From Dehalococcoidia bacterium (GTDB lineage: Bacteria; Chloroflexota; Dehalococcoidia; Lucifugimonadales; G963668185): a stretch of DNA of 64,000 nt. This document shows, piece after piece, positions 61,056 through 64,000 of the stretch. A model generated the notes under the pieces. The model was not told the DNA's origin. It saw only the letters and a program-made list of their open reading frames with translations, and ran no database searches. Made by a program: the position numbers and the translations under genes. Positions within the stretch are counted from its first letter, which is position 1. Each line of letters starts with the position of its first letter. The stretch lies in assembly GCA_965116985.1 (NCBI GenBank), contig OZ220745.1, positions 2,788,461 to 2,852,460 on the forward strand, read 5' to 3'.

Positions 61056-62174
61056 ATGAACGAACGACTAAGCGGCATTCTGGAAGCGGCCTCGCTGGAT
61101 CCGGGAGCGATCGTGTTCCGGGGTGACGGCGAGCCGAGCACACCGGAGGTGATGATCGAGAGGCTTAGCGAGCTGCAGTCGGAGCACGGCATCGAGAAGG
61201 ACTCGTACTCGCTGGGCGGCGTGGTGGGCGAGCTAGAACGGCGGATCGCGGAGGCGCTGGGCAAGGAGGCCGCCGTGTTCATGCCGACCGGAACGCTGGC
61301 CAACCACATTGCCGTTCGGCAGCTTTGCGGCGACAAGCGAAGGGCGGTGGTACAGGAGCAGTCGCACCTGTACCGGGACTGCGGCGACTGCGTTCCGGTG
61401 CTGAGCGGCGTCAGCCTCGTCCCGCTCGCGCCCGGCCGTGCGCACTTCACGGCCGATGAGTTCGAGGAGGCGCTGGAGGCGTCCGGGACCGGCCGTGTGG
61501 ACACCCCGGTGGGCGCGGTGATGATCGAGAGTCCGGTGCGAAGGCAGAAGGGGCGGGTGGTGCCGCTGGACGAGATGCGCCGCATCACGAGTTTGGCCGG
61601 CGAGCACGGCGTTGGGGCGCACCTGGACGGGGCGCGGCTGTACATGATGGCCGCGTCGACGGGGACGTCGGTGCGGAAGTACGCGGCGCTGTTCGACACG
61701 GTGTACGTGTCTCTGTACAAATACTTCGGCGCGCCTTTCGGCGGGATGCTGGCGGGCACGGCCGAGTTCTGCGACGGCCTGTACCACGCGCGGCGCATGT
61801 TCGGCGGCGGGCTGTCGCAGGCGTGGACGGCGGCCGCGCTCGCGCTGCGAGGGTTCGACGGCTTCGAGTCGCGGTACGGCGAGGCCATGGCTCACGCCCG
61901 CGACGTGTTCAACGGGCTGAACGAGTTGGACGGCGTGAGGGTCCGGGAGTTCGAGCACGGTTCCAATATCTTCCCGCTGGAGCTGGGTCCGGAAGTGGAC
62001 GTGTCTCGGTTTGTCGAGTCGCTGGCCAAGATGGGTGTTGTGGTCTTTCCGGACGAAGAAACCGGTGAAACTTTCCTGACCGTAAACACAACTATAGGGA
62101 GGAAAGATAAAGGGGAGATATGCACCGCGTTCGAGTCGGCTCTCAAGGCAGGATCACGAATAGTAGTAGGCTGA
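61056..62174 (+). CDS. Threonine aldolase / beta-eliminating lyase family PLP enzyme
   Basis: VFMPTGTLANHIAV, and a PLP-lysine context VYVSLYKYFGAPFGG, typical of low-specificity L-threonine aldolases. Confidence 0.8.
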   Translation: MNERLSGILEAASLDPGAIVFRGDGEPSTPEVMIERLSELQSEHGIEKDSYSLGGVVGELERRIAEALGKEAAVFMPTGTLANHIAVRQLCGDKRRAVVQEQSHLYRDCGDCVPVLSGVSLVPLAPGRAHFTADEFEEALEASGTGRVDTPVGAVMIESPVRRQKGRVVPLDEMRRITSLAGEHGVGAHLDGARLYMMAASTGTSVRKYAALFDTVYVSLYKYFGAPFGGMLAGTAEFCDGLYHARRMFGGGLSQAWTAAALALRGFDGFESRYGEAMAHARDVFNGLNELDGVRVREFEHGSNIFPLELGPEVDVSRFVESLAKMGVVVFPDEETGETFLTVNTTIGRKDKGEICTAFESALKAGSRIVVG

Positions 62175-62347
62175 CAAAGAGTGTGCAATTTCCCACAATG
62201 TTGACACGCGAAAATCTGACTTGTAGTCTCAATTTATTGAGCCATCGACGACACAAGACGCCGGAGGGAGCAGGTCCCCATAAGGGGCGTCAGGAAGCGG
62301 CGTTCGAAGGATAGCGAGACCGATCATAGTTAGAGAGGACGCATCCA

Positions 62348-63634
62348 ATGCTGCCAAGGGTTAATCTCACAGAAGTTTCGAGAGAAGACGTGGACCGCGT
62401 CGCGGCCTGGCTGGCCGACGCCGATGTTTCGTCGCGCTGGTTCGGCGTGTACGCCTGCGGCGATCCGGTCCATCGCGCGTACGTGCCCCATATGATGCTG
62501 GAGGCCACTCCGGCGCAGTGGGCCACAGTGTTCAACAACCCGAAGCGGGCGGTGCTTTCCGCGTACACCGACCACGGCGAGCACGTGGGCGAAGGCGAGA
62601 TCATTGTTGACGACGACAGCGGCGCCGAGATCTCGGTGCTGATCGGGCGCAAGGACCTGTGGAGGCAGGGTTACGGCACCGCTGTGGTGCAGTCGCTGAT
62701 TGCGAAGGCGTTCGATGACATGGGCATTCAGAAGGTGTGGGCCTCTGTTCCGGACGAGAATGACGCGGCACGAGGCCTGTTCCGCAAGCTGGGCTTCGTG
62801 GTCGAGGACAGGCGCGAGTACCCCGCCTTCGGCGGAGGGCCCGGCTGGTCGTCCTCGATCATGTCAATGACGGGCATCGAGTACGCTGCCAGGCGTGCCG
62901 ACGAGCCCCGCCGCCGCTGGGCGCCGATCGCGATCGTGAGCGGCATGCCGGGTAGCGGATCGAAGGAGATCGCGCGGGACATAGCGCGCACGCTTGGATC
63001 CCGCTTCGTTGACGAGGAGATTACGACAGAGCTATGCAGCCGGCTTCGCTGCAGCGAAGGGGAGCTGGAGTCGCTGGAAGACAGCTTCCGGTCGCGCTGG
63101 AGCCGGTGGCTGCGCCGCATGGCCGCGCCGATGCATTGGTCGGCAGGCGCAGAGCCGGGGTTCGACGTGTACGCGGCGGTGTCGCGCGCGGACTACTACG
63201 AGCCGGTGGAGCTGATCAGCAGGGACCAGTACCTCACAGCGCTGCGGAGCATCGTGCGCAGGATCGCCGCGAAGGGCAATGCAGTTATCCATGGCCGGGG
63301 CGCGCACCTGCTTGTGCCTGAGGCGGCGAGGAGCGTGAGCGTGTTCGTGGCCGCATCGACCCCGTGGCGGCTGGCGAACCTGGCGCGCGACGAGGGCCTG
63401 ACCGGCGACGAGGCCGTCAAGGCGCTGAAGCGCGCGGACCGGGACACGCTGTCGGTGTGCCGGCACCTGTTCGACGTGGACTTCGAGAACTCGGGCCTTT
63501 ACGACCTTTCGATCAATCCCGAGCGCGTGCCGATCACGATGGCCGCGCAGACGGTCGCCGGCGCGCTCGGCGTCTCGATCGAGGACGCTGTGCCTGTGCC
63601 GGAGCGAGAGGCGGCCGCGCTGACCCGACGCTAG
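62348..63634 (+). CDS. Fusion protein: N-terminal GNAT acetyltransferase plus C-terminal cytidylate-kinase-like (P-loop) domain
   Basis: GNAT motif A (IGRKDLWRQGYGTAVVQSLI) at residues ~95-115. P-loop IAIVSGMPGSGSKEIARDIARTLGSRFVDEEI at ~195-225 resembles the cytidylate kinase-like family. Confidence 0.7.
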   Translation: MLPRVNLTEVSREDVDRVAAWLADADVSSRWFGVYACGDPVHRAYVPHMMLEATPAQWATVFNNPKRAVLSAYTDHGEHVGEGEIIVDDDSGAEISVLIGRKDLWRQGYGTAVVQSLIAKAFDDMGIQKVWASVPDENDAARGLFRKLGFVVEDRREYPAFGGGPGWSSSIMSMTGIEYAARRADEPRRRWAPIAIVSGMPGSGSKEIARDIARTLGSRFVDEEITTELCSRLRCSEGELESLEDSFRSRWSRWLRRMAAPMHWSAGAEPGFDVYAAVSRADYYEPVELISRDQYLTALRSIVRRIAAKGNAVIHGRGAHLLVPEAARSVSVFVAASTPWRLANLARDEGLTGDEAVKALKRADRDTLSVCRHLFDVDFENSGLYDLSINPERVPITMAAQTVAGALGVSIEDAVPVPEREAAALTRR

Positions 63635-64000
63635 CCCAGGCCGCCCCAGCGGCCGGCCCTGCGGGCGAGGTACTTGAGCAGATGCGGGTCGAAGCCCAGC
63701 TCGACGCTGCGGGCGATGTCCGCCTCCGCCAGCTCGTCTTCGCCGACCTGCGTCCGGGCGATGCCGCGTATAGCGTACGCCGATGCCTGGCGGTCGTTGA
63801 GGGCGATTGCGCTGGTGGCGTCCACGATGGCGCTTTCGGCGTTCCCGAGGTCGAAGTGCGCAGCGGCCCTGTTGTTGAACGCGTCCACATGATTGGGTTC
63901 AAGTTCCACCGCGCGTGTGAACTCGTCGACTGCCATGATGGCCTGGCGCAGGGTGACGTAGCCCATCCCCCGGTTGTAGTAGGCCTCGGCGTTGTCCGGC
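63631..64000 (-). CDS. TPR-repeat protein (3' part; 5' end outside window)
   Basis: Repeated A..Y.NRG / A..D...A(I/L) TPR pattern. The frame stays open to the window edge (...PDNAEAYYNRGMGYVTL...). Confidence 0.6.
   Translation of the reverse strand, partial: PDNAEAYYNRGMGYVTLRQAIMAVDEFTRAVELEPNHVDAFNNRAAAHFDLGNAESAIVDATSAIALNDRQASAYAIRGIARTQVGEDELAEADIARSVELGFDPHLLKYLARRAGRWGGLG

Noticed and set aside
1-64000. Prophage, integrative element or IS.
   Set aside because: No integrase, transposase, recombinase, capsid or terminase genes, or tRNA attachment sites were recognised. Only miniature repeats and a GIY-YIG mini-gene are present.

Overview
GC-rich (over 60% by eye) bacterial chromosomal segment. 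I call about 60 protein-coding genes at high coding density. By eye I found no rRNA, tRNA, CRISPR array, integrase or transposase. All family assignments come from motifs read in the translations; no database search was possible. Hand-indexed coordinates of non-coding features may be off by 1-2 nt.

Gene content:
- Housekeeping: riboflavin kinase, tyrS, holB, lysA, hemQ/chdC, ferredoxin-type sulfite reductase, ccdA and ccmAB.
- Many catabolic oxidoreductases: two SDRs, a Zn-ADH, a PQQ sugar dehydrogenase, a ThDP enzyme, KorAB, an acyl-CoA dehydrogenase, a dimethylglycine/sarcosine dehydrogenase, a CoxL/XDH-type Mo subunit, a quaternary-amine-type Rieske oxygenase, an enolase-superfamily enzyme, an HpcH aldolase and a threonine-aldolase-like enzyme.
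- A Psr/Ttr-like molybdoenzyme with no Tat signal, whose FeS and NrfD subunits are fused.
- Accessory genes: vapBC, hicAB, an AT-richer DUF488 / PD-(D/E)XK-DUF4268 / Nudix block, a small-protein plus retropepsin-like protease pair, four GNATs, two PaREP1-like proteins and a small GIY-YIG nuclease.

Non-coding DNA:
- At least four families of short GC-rich palindromic (REP/MITE-like) repeats, concentrated in a 2.6-kb patch at 50.2-52.85 kb.
- A 71-bp tandem array next to the GIY-YIG gene.
- Two candidate attenuator leaders. One is a Cys-codon mini-ORF plus terminator upstream of sulfite reductase. The other is a leaderless uORF plus hairpin upstream of korAB.
- An adenosine-deaminase gene interrupted by a single in-frame TAG.

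The gene content suggests a Chloroflexota/SAR202-like marine heterotroph. That is inference only.
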